A DNA stretch of 24,000 bases from Psychromicrobium xiongbiense. GTDB lineage: Bacteria > Actinomycetota > Actinomycetes > Actinomycetales > Micrococcaceae. A model generated the notes under the pieces. That model was not told the origin of the DNA and made no database searches. It saw nothing but the letters and a program-made list of their open reading frames with translations. Positions within the stretch are counted from its first letter, which is position 1, and each line of letters begins with the position of its first letter. Positions 17,152 through 24,000 of this stretch are shown here, piece after piece. The stretch is from positions 24,139 to 48,138 of the forward strand of contig NZ_JASSZH010000012.1 in the NCBI RefSeq assembly GCF_030271165.1, in the 5' to 3' direction. A program made the translations under genes and the position numbers.

Positions 17152-20100
17152 ATGACACCAGCCTCGAACAGGTTCGTCAGAACGGCGGTGGTGGCCGGGC
17201 TGACCGGCATCGCCTTGCTGTGCAGCGCTGCGGTTCCGGCGTCTGCTGCGCCGCCGTCGCCGCCGCAGCCGGGCGTGACAGCTGGCATTGACACCAATGC
17301 CAGCACCGCGCCGGCCAATAAGATCCACGGCAACCTGGCGGATGCTCAAGGCAAGGTCTCGGTCTACGTGCAGCTCTCCGGCCAGGGTGCCTACGAGGCC
17401 ACCCAGCCACAGTCGGTGAAGAACAAACAGGCCGCCCCGGTGGATGCCAGCGGTGCGGTTCAGCAGATCCGCAGCTCGATTCAGCAGAAGGCCGACTCGG
17501 TGGCCCAGGCAGCATCGGCCAGCACCATCTACACCACCACGAACACCCTGCCCGGAGTGGCAATCACCGGCGATGCCACCGCGATCCGCGCGCTGGCCAC
17601 GCGCAGTGACGTCGTGAAGATCACGCCCATTGTGTCCAAGAGTATTCCCGACAACAAGAACACGGATATCGACACCCGGGCGCTGAATACCTGGACCAGA
17701 ACCGGCCAGACCGGCAAAGGCATCAAAATCGCGGTGATCGATACCGGTGTGGACTACACGCACACCGATTTCGGTGGCCCGGGCACGCAGGACGCCTACA
17801 CGAAGGCAGCCGCCTCATCGACGCTGGTCCCGGGCACCTACGACCCGAACAAGTTCCTGGGCGGCTACGACCTGGCGGGCGACAGCTACGATGCCAACCC
17901 CAATGACTCAACGTACAACCCGGTCCCCACCCCCGATGCCAACCCACTGGACTGCCGGGCCGCCGGGCACGGATCCCATGTGGCCGGCACGGCCGCCGGC
18001 TATGGCGTCAACGAGGACGGCAGCACCTTCACCTCCGGCAAAAACGGGAATCCGCCCTATTCAGAACTTACTCCGGGAACGGTCAGCGGTATGCGCATCG
18101 GCCCCGGCTCCGCCCCTGAGGCCCAGATCATGGCCTTCCGGGTCTTCGGCTGCTACGGCAGCACCGACCTGGTGATCCAGGCGCTCGACCGGGCGCTCGA
18201 TCCCAACCAGGACGGAAAGTTCGACGACCGCGCGGACATCATCAACATGTCCCTCGGCGCAGACTGGGCCACCACGGATGACCCGGAGAACGACGTCATC
18301 AACGAGCTGACCAAGAACGGCATCCTCTCGGTGGTCGCTTCCGGCAACGCTGGCGACTCCTATGACATTGGCGGTAGCCCCGGCAATGCGAAGACCTCGC
18401 TGACAGTGGCCAACTCGGTCGGTTCCAAGGTCGCGCTGGACCGGGTCGACGTGCTGGCCCCCACCGCAGGTCAGGCCGCCGGCCAGTACTCCGGCTTCGA
18501 TGCTGCGAACTTCACCGCGGATCAGCTCAAGGGCACCGTTGTGATGGGGCCCGCCGGCACCAACGTCGAGGGCTGCCAGCCCTTCTCCGCAGCGGACGCA
18601 GCCCGGGTCAAGGATAAATGGGTCTGGCTGCACTGGACCGATGACTCTACCCGCCCGTGCGGTTCGGCCGTCCGGTTCAACAATGCGCAGGCCGCTGGCG
18701 CCAAGGGCGTCGTCCTCGACTCCGGTCTGGATGTCTTCGCCGCGGGCATCGCCGGCAATGCGACCATCCCGGGCGTCCAGCTGACCAAGACCTACTCCGA
18801 TCAGCTGCGCCCCGCTGCCCAGGCCGGGACGCTCATCGTCGCGCTCAATGGCAGCTACCGCGGCACCGCCAGCGGAGTCTCCAACAAACTGGACACGCTT
18901 AATTCCTCCTCCTCGCGCGGCGTTCACGGCAGCAACGGCATCGTCAAGCCCGATGTCGCAGCCCCCGGCACCCTGATCGGCTCCGTGGGCGTGGGGACCG
19001 GCAATGGCGCCAGCGTCAAGTCTGGCACCTCGATGGCGACGCCGCACGTTGCCGGCATCGCCGCCCTGGTGATGGCACAGACCAAACTCCCGGCGCTGGC
19101 GGTCAAGGCCATCGTGATGAACACTGCGGTCCATGACATCTACAGCGGACAGTTCGTCTACGGACCCAACCGGGTTGGTTCCGGACGGGTGGATGCCCTG
19201 GACGGCACCACCACGAAGGCCTACGCCTATGCCACCGACGATCCCGAGCTGACCAGCCTGAGCTTCGGTGTGGTGGAGGTCGGTGACCAGCCGGTCAGCA
19301 TCTCCAAGACGGTGACGGTGGCCAGCTTCGATTCTGCGGCACGCAGCTATGCCGCCACCTATCTGCCCGCCACCACCATCCCCGGGGTGAATTACCTGAT
19401 CAGCCCGGCGGTCAACGTTCCGACGGGCGGCTCCGCGACGATCACGGTCACCCTGTCGATTCCGGATCCGAAGGCGCTGCGTAAGACGATGGACCCGACG
19501 TTGGAGAAGGTGCAGCTCAACAGCCCCCGGCAGTTCCTCGCGGATGCCTCGGGTCGGCTGGAGTTGAGCAGCCAGGGCGCGCCGAGCCTGCGGGTTCCGG
19601 TGTACACGGCACCCAAGCCGACATCTGCGATGACGGCCGGACCGGCGCTGACTTTCGCGAACACCACGGCGACGAGCACTCCGGTGACGCTGAGCGGTCG
19701 CCAGCTCAGCCAGGGCGCTCCGGGTGCCGACGGTTACAACGGCCTCGTCGCACCGTTTGTGTTGCAGACCTCCAGCCCGCGCATCGCCACGCTGGATCCC
19801 AGCGCGGCGAAGGGAGCCAAGGAAAATTCCAGCATCCGCGCAATGGATCTGCAGAACGTGGGCGTCTCCTCCACCGTTCCGGCGCTGAAGGCTGCCGGGC
19901 TCGATCCGCAGAAGGGTGACATCGCCTTCGGCATCAGCACCTGGGGCAACTGGCCGGCGCTGAGCAATTTCTATCGGATCTACATCAATATCGACACCAA
20001 CAACGACGGCAAGCCTGATTACCGCCTGGGGCTCGCTCAGGCCACGGGTCTCGATCTGCCGTTGGTGCAGTTGCTGAAGATCAACCCGGACGGTTCCGGT

Positions 20101-20802
20101 ACGCCCGTGAGCACTCGTCCGCTCAATGGCGTCAGCCCGGTGCTGGATACCAACATGATGGATACCAACGTGTTGGTCATGCCGGTCTCGCTGAGCGCGC
20201 TGGGCCTGGATGCCAGCAAGCCCGCACCGTTCAGCTACACCGTGACCACCTACTCGAACTATCTGGCGAAGGACGGCCAGCTGACCCCCGTGGACAGCAC
20301 CACTGCCCAGACCTTCGATCCGGTCAACCCGGCTCTGTGGTTCGACAACGGTCAGCCCGGAACCTTGTTCTTCGATCGCGCTGACAATGCGCTGACCGCT
20401 CACAGGGCGGCCGACGCACCGGCCGGCACCAAGGTGCTCTTCCTGCACCTGCAGAATGCCACTGGGGACCTTGGAGCACAGGGCGATGGCGGCAAGAAGG
20501 CGGAGGTCGTTCCGCTCTCCTTCGCCTCCGGCAAGGTTCATGGCATCCCGGCCTTCGGTTTCCAGGGCTTCTACGGTGCGGTGCAGGGCAAGAGCTTCAC
20601 CCCTGGAACTACGGTCTCGGTGATGCTCGATGGCGTCCCGGTCAAGAACCTGTTCCCAGCGAAAGTGAACCCGGGCGGGGTGGTGTTTGCGGTGTTCCAG
20701 ATTCCGGCTGGCACCACGCCGGGTGAACATACCGTGACGCTCACCGATGAATCACGGATCACCGGATCCACCTCATTCACTGTCCTGAAATGTGGATGGT
20801 GA
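17152..20802 (+). CDS. Secreted S8 (subtilisin-family) serine peptidase with PA-domain insertion and long C-terminal beta-rich/Ig-like region
   Basis: Start placed at ATG 17152, with GAAGGAA 5 nt upstream. Signal peptide ...LLCSAAVPASA/AP. I9-like propeptide. Catalytic Asp (VIDTGVDYTH), His (HGSHVAGTAAG), Asn (NMSLG) and Ser (SGTSMATPHVAG). A PA-like segment (...NNAQAAGAKGVVLD...) lies between Asn and Ser. No LPXTG motif or TM anchor; the protein ends ...FTVLKCGW. Confidence 0.9.
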   Translation: MTPASNRFVRTAVVAGLTGIALLCSAAVPASAAPPSPPQPGVTAGIDTNASTAPANKIHGNLADAQGKVSVYVQLSGQGAYEATQPQSVKNKQAAPVDASGAVQQIRSSIQQKADSVAQAASASTIYTTTNTLPGVAITGDATAIRALATRSDVVKITPIVSKSIPDNKNTDIDTRALNTWTRTGQTGKGIKIAVIDTGVDYTHTDFGGPGTQDAYTKAAASSTLVPGTYDPNKFLGGYDLAGDSYDANPNDSTYNPVPTPDANPLDCRAAGHGSHVAGTAAGYGVNEDGSTFTSGKNGNPPYSELTPGTVSGMRIGPGSAPEAQIMAFRVFGCYGSTDLVIQALDRALDPNQDGKFDDRADIINMSLGADWATTDDPENDVINELTKNGILSVVASGNAGDSYDIGGSPGNAKTSLTVANSVGSKVALDRVDVLAPTAGQAAGQYSGFDAANFTADQLKGTVVMGPAGTNVEGCQPFSAADAARVKDKWVWLHWTDDSTRPCGSAVRFNNAQAAGAKGVVLDSGLDVFAAGIAGNATIPGVQLTKTYSDQLRPAAQAGTLIVALNGSYRGTASGVSNKLDTLNSSSSRGVHGSNGIVKPDVAAPGTLIGSVGVGTGNGASVKSGTSMATPHVAGIAALVMAQTKLPALAVKAIVMNTAVHDIYSGQFVYGPNRVGSGRVDALDGTTTKAYAYATDDPELTSLSFGVVEVGDQPVSISKTVTVASFDSAARSYAATYLPATTIPGVNYLISPAVNVPTGGSATITVTLSIPDPKALRKTMDPTLEKVQLNSPRQFLADASGRLELSSQGAPSLRVPVYTAPKPTSAMTAGPALTFANTTATSTPVTLSGRQLSQGAPGADGYNGLVAPFVLQTSSPRIATLDPSAAKGAKENSSIRAMDLQNVGVSSTVPALKAAGLDPQKGDIAFGISTWGNWPALSNFYRIYINIDTNNDGKPDYRLGLAQATGLDLPLVQLLKINPDGSGTPVSTRPLNGVSPVLDTNMMDTNVLVMPVSLSALGLDASKPAPFSYTVTTYSNYLAKDGQLTPVDSTTAQTFDPVNPALWFDNGQPGTLFFDRADNALTAHRAADAPAGTKVLFLHLQNATGDLGAQGDGGKKAEVVPLSFASGKVHGIPAFGFQGFYGAVQGKSFTPGTTVSVMLDGVPVKNLFPAKVNPGGVVFAVFQIPAGTTPGEHTVTLTDESRITGSTSFTVLKCGW

Positions 20803-20816
20803 CGGAAGGATCCTGA

Positions 20817-20894
20817 CCAGCTGAGTGGCAGTAGGCTGAAAATCCTCGATTTTTGGACTGTTCGATTTTTGGACAACTACTGCCACTCAGTTGG
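20817..20894. repeat. 78-bp palindromic element: 18-bp terminal inverted repeats (17/18 match) around a 42-bp AT-rich core
   Basis: Left arm CCAGCTGAGTGGCAGTAG (20817-20834). Right arm CTACTGCCACTCAGTTGG (20877-20894). The core holds TCGATTTTTGGAC twice (20846-20858 and 20862-20874). The element begins 15 nt after the S8 stop. Its termini match the 9832-9914 element. Confidence 0.7.
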
Positions 20895-20954
20895 GATGCG
20901 AGGGCCCGACCGTTGGGACGGGGAATACGCACCAGCACATGGGAGCATTCTGAG

Positions 20955-21428
20955 ATGACCGACTTCGTGTACACGAGCTATCTCAAGACCACACCGGAGG
21001 AGCTCTGGCATGCCCTCACGGACTCGGATCTCATCCAGCGGTACTGGGGCGTCGCGCTGATCTCCGACTGGCAGGTGGGGTCAACCGTGGACTGGGTGGT
21101 GGGCGGAATCATCCTGGCCGATCCCGAGCAGGTCATTCTCGCTGCGGACCCGCTCCACACACTCAGCTTCACCTGGCACTCGATCACCGAGGAATTCGGC
21201 AGAGCGATCCAGGCTGATCCCGAGGAACTTGCGGTGATGGCCGCCGAAGACCGCTCGATGGCCACCTTCGAACTGACTCCGATGACCGGCATCGTCAAAC
21301 TCACGCTCACCCATTCCGGCTTCGCCGAGGGCAGCGCACTTCGAGCGGGGATCTCAGAGGGCTGGCCGGCCATCCTGTCCAACCTCAAGACCTTCCTGGA
21401 AACCGGACAGCTCCTTCCCTTCGAGTAG
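20955..21428 (+). CDS. SRPBCC/AHSA1 (START-like) domain protein
   Basis: Start placed at ATG 20955 (MTDFVYTSYLKTTPEELWHALTDSDLIQRYWG), which is typical of the Aha1/BPI-like SRPBCC family. 157 aa. Confidence 0.8.
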   Translation: MTDFVYTSYLKTTPEELWHALTDSDLIQRYWGVALISDWQVGSTVDWVVGGIILADPEQVILAADPLHTLSFTWHSITEEFGRAIQADPEELAVMAAEDRSMATFELTPMTGIVKLTLTHSGFAEGSALRAGISEGWPAILSNLKTFLETGQLLPFE

Positions 21429-21484
21429 CCCTTTCACCTCCAGCCGGCGGGAATGCACTGGACCGCGCGTCGGTTGGCACCAGA

Positions 21485-22204
21485 GTGAAGGTTGAAATCT
21501 GGTCAGATATCGCATGCCCCTGGTGCTACATCGGCAAGCGCCGGTTTGAGAGTGCACTCTCCGAGTTCCCGCACCGGGATGAGGTGGACGTGGAGTGGAA
21601 GAGCTTCCAGCTCGATCCCACGATCCCCGAGCACTACGACGGCACGGAACTGGACTACCTGAGCAAGCGCAAGGGAATGCCCGCCGATCGGGTGGCTCAG
21701 ATGTTTGAGCACGTCAAGTCTCAGGCCGCCAGCGTTGGACTGGACTATGACTTCGGCTCCCTGGTCGTGGCAAATAGCCATCTGGGCCATGAGCTGATTC
21801 ACTTCGCGGCCCAGTCCGGCGCACAGGACCTGGCCAAGGAACGCCTGCTCAAGCTGCACTTCGAGGAGGGCGGCGATATCGGCTCATGGGAGACTCTGGC
21901 CGGCGTCGCGGCTGAACTGGGCCTGGACGCCGATGCCGCCCGGACAGCCCTGACCGAGCGCACCTTTGAGGCGGCGGTGGATGCAGACATCGAGGAGGCT
22001 CAGAGCCTCGGCATTCAGGGCGTGCCGTTCTTCGTCATCGACCGCAAGTTCGGCATTTCCGGCGCGCAGAGCAGCGAGGTGTTCGGCCAGGCGCTGCGGG
22101 AGGCCTGGCGGGAAAGCCATCCTCTAGTCATGGTGGGCGAGTCCACCACAAGCTCCGACGGCCAGGACGCCCCGGCCTGCGGTCCAGACGGTTGCGCCCT
22201 CTGA
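21485..22204 (+). CDS. DsbA-family thiol:disulfide oxidoreductase, FrnE-like
   Basis: 239 aa with a GTG start. N-terminal active site SDIACPWCYIGKRRFE (CPWC). The C-terminal tail carries a second dithiol, ACGPDGCAL (CxxxxC), as described for FrnE-type proteins. Confidence 0.85.
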   Translation: MKVEIWSDIACPWCYIGKRRFESALSEFPHRDEVDVEWKSFQLDPTIPEHYDGTELDYLSKRKGMPADRVAQMFEHVKSQAASVGLDYDFGSLVVANSHLGHELIHFAAQSGAQDLAKERLLKLHFEEGGDIGSWETLAGVAAELGLDADAARTALTERTFEAAVDADIEEAQSLGIQGVPFFVIDRKFGISGAQSSEVFGQALREAWRESHPLVMVGESTTSSDGQDAPACGPDGCAL

Positions 22205-22242
22205 TCAGAACCGATCCGTGAGGCTCCTGCAGCGATAGCCTC

Positions 22243-22282
22243 GACAGACTAGGGATTTACTGACAAATCCGGCTAAACTGTC
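22243..22282. promoter_or_regulatory. Nested imperfect palindrome plus a -10-like TAAACT directly upstream of the second TetR gene
   Basis: GACAGACTAG..GGATTT-ACTGAC-AAATCC..CTAAACTGTC, with inner 6-bp arms perfect and outer arms 8/10. TAAACT (22274-22279) ends 6 nt before the ATG at 22286, and no SD sequence is present. This suggests a leaderless, autoregulated transcript. Confidence 0.35.
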
Positions 22283-22285
22283 TCT

Positions 22286-22975
22286 ATGCCTCGAATTGTC
22301 GCCTCCAGCAATGCCGCTCAGCGCGAGCTGACCCAGCGAAAAATCCTGGATTCCTTCGGGCAACTGCTCTTCTCCCATGGCCTGCCCGGGCTGACCATGA
22401 CGGATGTGGCGCGGCAGGCCGGCGTTGGGCGGACCGCCGTGTACAACTACTATGCGGACCTGGAACAACTCCTGGTGGCCTACGCCCTGGATGAAACGGG
22501 CAGGTTCATCTCCGATCTGCGTCAGGAACTGGCCCGGTTGGACAATCCCGTGGACCAGCTGGCGTGCTACGTACGGGCACAGATCGAGGACCTCTCCAAG
22601 CGTCACCTGCCACCGGGCCCAGCGATGCGCTCCGTCCTCTCCGCCGATTCCTTCGCCAAGTTGTCGGTGCACGTGGGTGAGCTCAGTGCCCTGCTCCAGG
22701 ACATTCTGCATCGGGCCATCGACGAGCAGTACTTGCCCGCCGCAGAGGTCAGCGATCTGGCCTATCTGATTCACGGCTCGCTCACGGCGAGCGCTTCCCG
22801 CGGCGGACGGCCCGGATCCACCCCGGACACAGCAGCGGAATCGGCTACGGACGATGACGGTGCGGCCGCCCGGCAGGCCCGCACCGAAGCCACGGTGCGT
22901 TTCATTCAGGCAGGCGTAGGTGCCCAGTTCGATGCCGACGGCCACCCGATCCGGAGGACGGGCAACGGCGCCTGA
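22286..22975 (+). CDS. TetR/AcrR-family transcriptional regulator
   Basis: 229 aa. HTH ...LTMTDVARQAGVGRTAVYNYYADLEQLLVAY... Confidence 0.88.
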   Translation: MPRIVASSNAAQRELTQRKILDSFGQLLFSHGLPGLTMTDVARQAGVGRTAVYNYYADLEQLLVAYALDETGRFISDLRQELARLDNPVDQLACYVRAQIEDLSKRHLPPGPAMRSVLSADSFAKLSVHVGELSALLQDILHRAIDEQYLPAAEVSDLAYLIHGSLTASASRGGRPGSTPDTAAESATDDDGAAARQARTEATVRFIQAGVGAQFDADGHPIRRTGNGA

Positions 22976-23001
22976 ACGGCATTCAGACTACGGAGTGCAG
23001 A

Positions 23002-23919
23002 CTATTTCACACCCGCGGTGCAACTGATGGTGCCCGGTGATTTATCCACCGCGGTGCCTGCCGTCGGAACTTTGAAGGTCTGCAGGAGGTAAACATCCAC
23101 CGTGGCGTCAGCGCGGTCATCGTGACGGAACTCCAGGCCGGGGAGATTCCGTTGCAGATTGAAAGCCGCCGCCAGCCCCCCTGTTCCTGCGACGATCACG
23201 CCCGTCTTGGTACTGGCGATCTCCTTGTTCCCCACCGTTCCCACCTGGAAGCCCCGGCTGCGCAACTCGTTCGCCAGAGTGCCGGCCAGGCCGGGGACCT
23301 GGCTGGCGTTGTAGACATTCACGCTCACCGTGATGTTCTCCGGGTAGTTCAGCACCGTGGTGGGACAGTTCGGGTCTGCTGGGGCACTGCTGGAGGCCGA
23401 GGCAGACTGCGGCAGTTTGATGACTCCCTGGCTGATCAGCAGAGCGCCGGTCAGCGCCAGGACCAGAAGCAGGGCCAGAACTCCCAGAATGATGCCGTGC
23501 ACCCGGCGGTAACGACGGCGCGTGAGCTGAGCATCCTTGGACTGATCGCCGAAGGCCGTCGCCAGGTCGGTGCTGTTGACCGGCCCAACATGCCCGAAGG
23601 CGTGCGGGCGCTCTGCCAGCCGCCGCTCTTCCTCCGCTGCCCGCTGCCGCTCCTTCTCTTCGCGCCTGGCCTGAACGGCTTCGCGCCTGGCCTGAATGGC
23701 TTCGCGCCTGGCCTGAGCAGCTTCGCGCCGCGCTGCCGCGGCGAGTTCACGCTGAAGCTTGGCTGGGGGCAAAGGAGGCTTAGGTGGCACGACGGGCTGG
23801 GAGCCGGTGGCGGGGCGGCCATCGGCCGCAGGCACAGATCCCGCAGGCTCAGCAACCTCGGCAGCCTCGGGGTCCGGGCCAGCGGGCTCCTCTGGCTTCG
23901 GTCCGGTCGACTCACTCAT
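23002..23919 (-). CDS. LytR_C (LytR/CpsA/Psr C-terminal) domain membrane protein with Pro/Ala/Glu-rich, heptad-repeat cytoplasmic N-terminus
   Basis: 305 aa. The N-terminal region is low-complexity with REAxQAR repeats, followed by a single TM helix (GIILGVLALLLVLALTGALLI). The C-terminal region reads VSVNVYNASQVPGLAGTLANELRSRGFQVGTVGN...TGVIVAG, the LytR_C pattern. Confidence 0.8.
   Translation of the reverse strand: MSESTGPKPEEPAGPDPEAAEVAEPAGSVPAADGRPATGSQPVVPPKPPLPPAKLQRELAAAARREAAQARREAIQARREAVQARREEKERQRAAEEERRLAERPHAFGHVGPVNSTDLATAFGDQSKDAQLTRRRYRRVHGIILGVLALLLVLALTGALLISQGVIKLPQSASASSSAPADPNCPTTVLNYPENITVSVNVYNASQVPGLAGTLANELRSRGFQVGTVGNKEIASTKTGVIVAGTGGLAAAFNLQRNLPGLEFRHDDRADATVDVYLLQTFKVPTAGTAVDKSPGTISCTAGVK
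23658..23730. repeat. In-frame 21-bp tandem repeat x3.5 inside the LytR_C gene
   Basis: CTTCGCGCCTGGCCTGAACGG, ...AATGG, ...AGCAG, followed by a partial copy. It encodes REAAQARREAIQARREAVQARREE on the minus strand. Confidence 0.85.
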
Positions 23920-23934
23920 CTCGACTCACTCATC
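23907..23934. repeat. Perfect 14-bp tandem duplication (TCGACTCACTCATC x2) on the junction of two minus-strand genes
   Basis: Copies at 23907-23920 and 23921-23934, read directly. On the minus strand each copy reads GATGAGTGAGTCGA. One copy supplies the upstream gene's ...DE-TGA stop, and the other supplies the ATG AGT GAG start of the LytR_C gene. Confidence 0.85.
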
Positions 23935-24000
23935 GAGGTTCAACACCCGGGCGTGCAGAATGGTCCGTTGATGGAGAGCCGTCCGCACCGCCCGGTGCAG
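23926..24000 (-). CDS. 3' end of an unidentified minus-strand gene (start outside window)
   Basis: Not in the ORF track because it has no in-window start. Hand translation of the minus strand from 24000 gives LHRAVRTALHQRTILHARVLNLDE-stop (TGA at 23928-23926). Third codon positions are G/C in 19 of 24 codons, whereas the other open frame has low GC3. No family could be recognised from 24 residues. Confidence 0.45.
   Translation of the reverse strand: MHRAVRTALHQRTILHARVLNLDE

Noticed and set aside
18061-20730. 889-aa ORF antisense to the S8 peptidase gene
   Set aside because: The translation is Arg/Gly/Ala/His-rich and low-complexity, with no recognisable motif. It lies entirely opposite a gene that has clear catalytic motifs. 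Long stop-free antisense frames are expected in high-GC DNA.
22976-23001. Terminator between the convergent TetR and LytR_C genes
   Set aside because: The 26-bp gap contains only a 4-bp potential stem (TGAA/TTCA) and a CAGACTA direct repeat. This is not enough to call a terminator.
23658-23730. Possible CRISPR-like or other regularly spaced repeat array
   Set aside because: The repeats are directly adjacent, with no spacers. They are in-frame and coding (heptad repeat). No cas genes or spacer-repeat architecture occur anywhere in the window.

Overview
High-GC, gene-dense chromosomal window. It looks actinobacterial, possibly Micrococcales-like, but that placement is inference from GTG starts, ATGA/GTGA overlapping junctions, a lipoprotein solute-binding protein (SBP) and a LytR_C protein. 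I support 22 CDS, two of them cut by the window edges. I recognised no rRNA, tRNA, CRISPR array, transposase or integrase.

Gene layout:
- 1-3239 (+): distal part of a Dpp/Opp-type ABC importer, with 2 permeases and 2 ATPases.
- 3272-4045 (-): DeoR/GlpR-type regulator. It is divergent from a six-gene, translationally coupled operon at 4260-9847 (+): lipoprotein SBP, 2 permeases, ATPase, glycerophosphodiester phosphodiesterase (GDPD) and an inositol-monophosphatase (IMPase)-family phosphatase.
- 9958-13865 (-): TetR-family gene, then mtlA (PTS EIICBA) and mtlD.
- 14045-16769 (-): aldo/keto reductase, VOC/glyoxalase protein and an MHS-type MFS transporter.
- 17152-20802 (+): 1216-aa secreted S8 subtilase with a PA-domain insertion.
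- 20955-22975 (+): SRPBCC protein, FrnE-like DsbA oxidoreductase and a second TetR.
- 23002-23919 (-): LytR_C membrane protein, with the 3' end of another minus-strand gene just upstream.

Most interesting observations:
- The DeoR + ABC + GDPD + IMPase locus has the same functional logic as the Agrobacterium acc (agrocinopine) operon, but with a different transporter class. This suggests uptake and catabolism of an unidentified sugar or polyol phosphodiester.
- Two intergenic palindromic elements 11 kb apart (9832-9947 and 20817-20925) share the terminal motif CCARCTGAGTRGCAG(A)TAG. They may belong to a small dispersed repeat family.
- Tandem duplications sit exactly on gene boundaries at 3231-3275, 9832-9869 and 23907-23934.

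The many long antisense or off-frame ORFs in the track are treated as high-GC artefacts.
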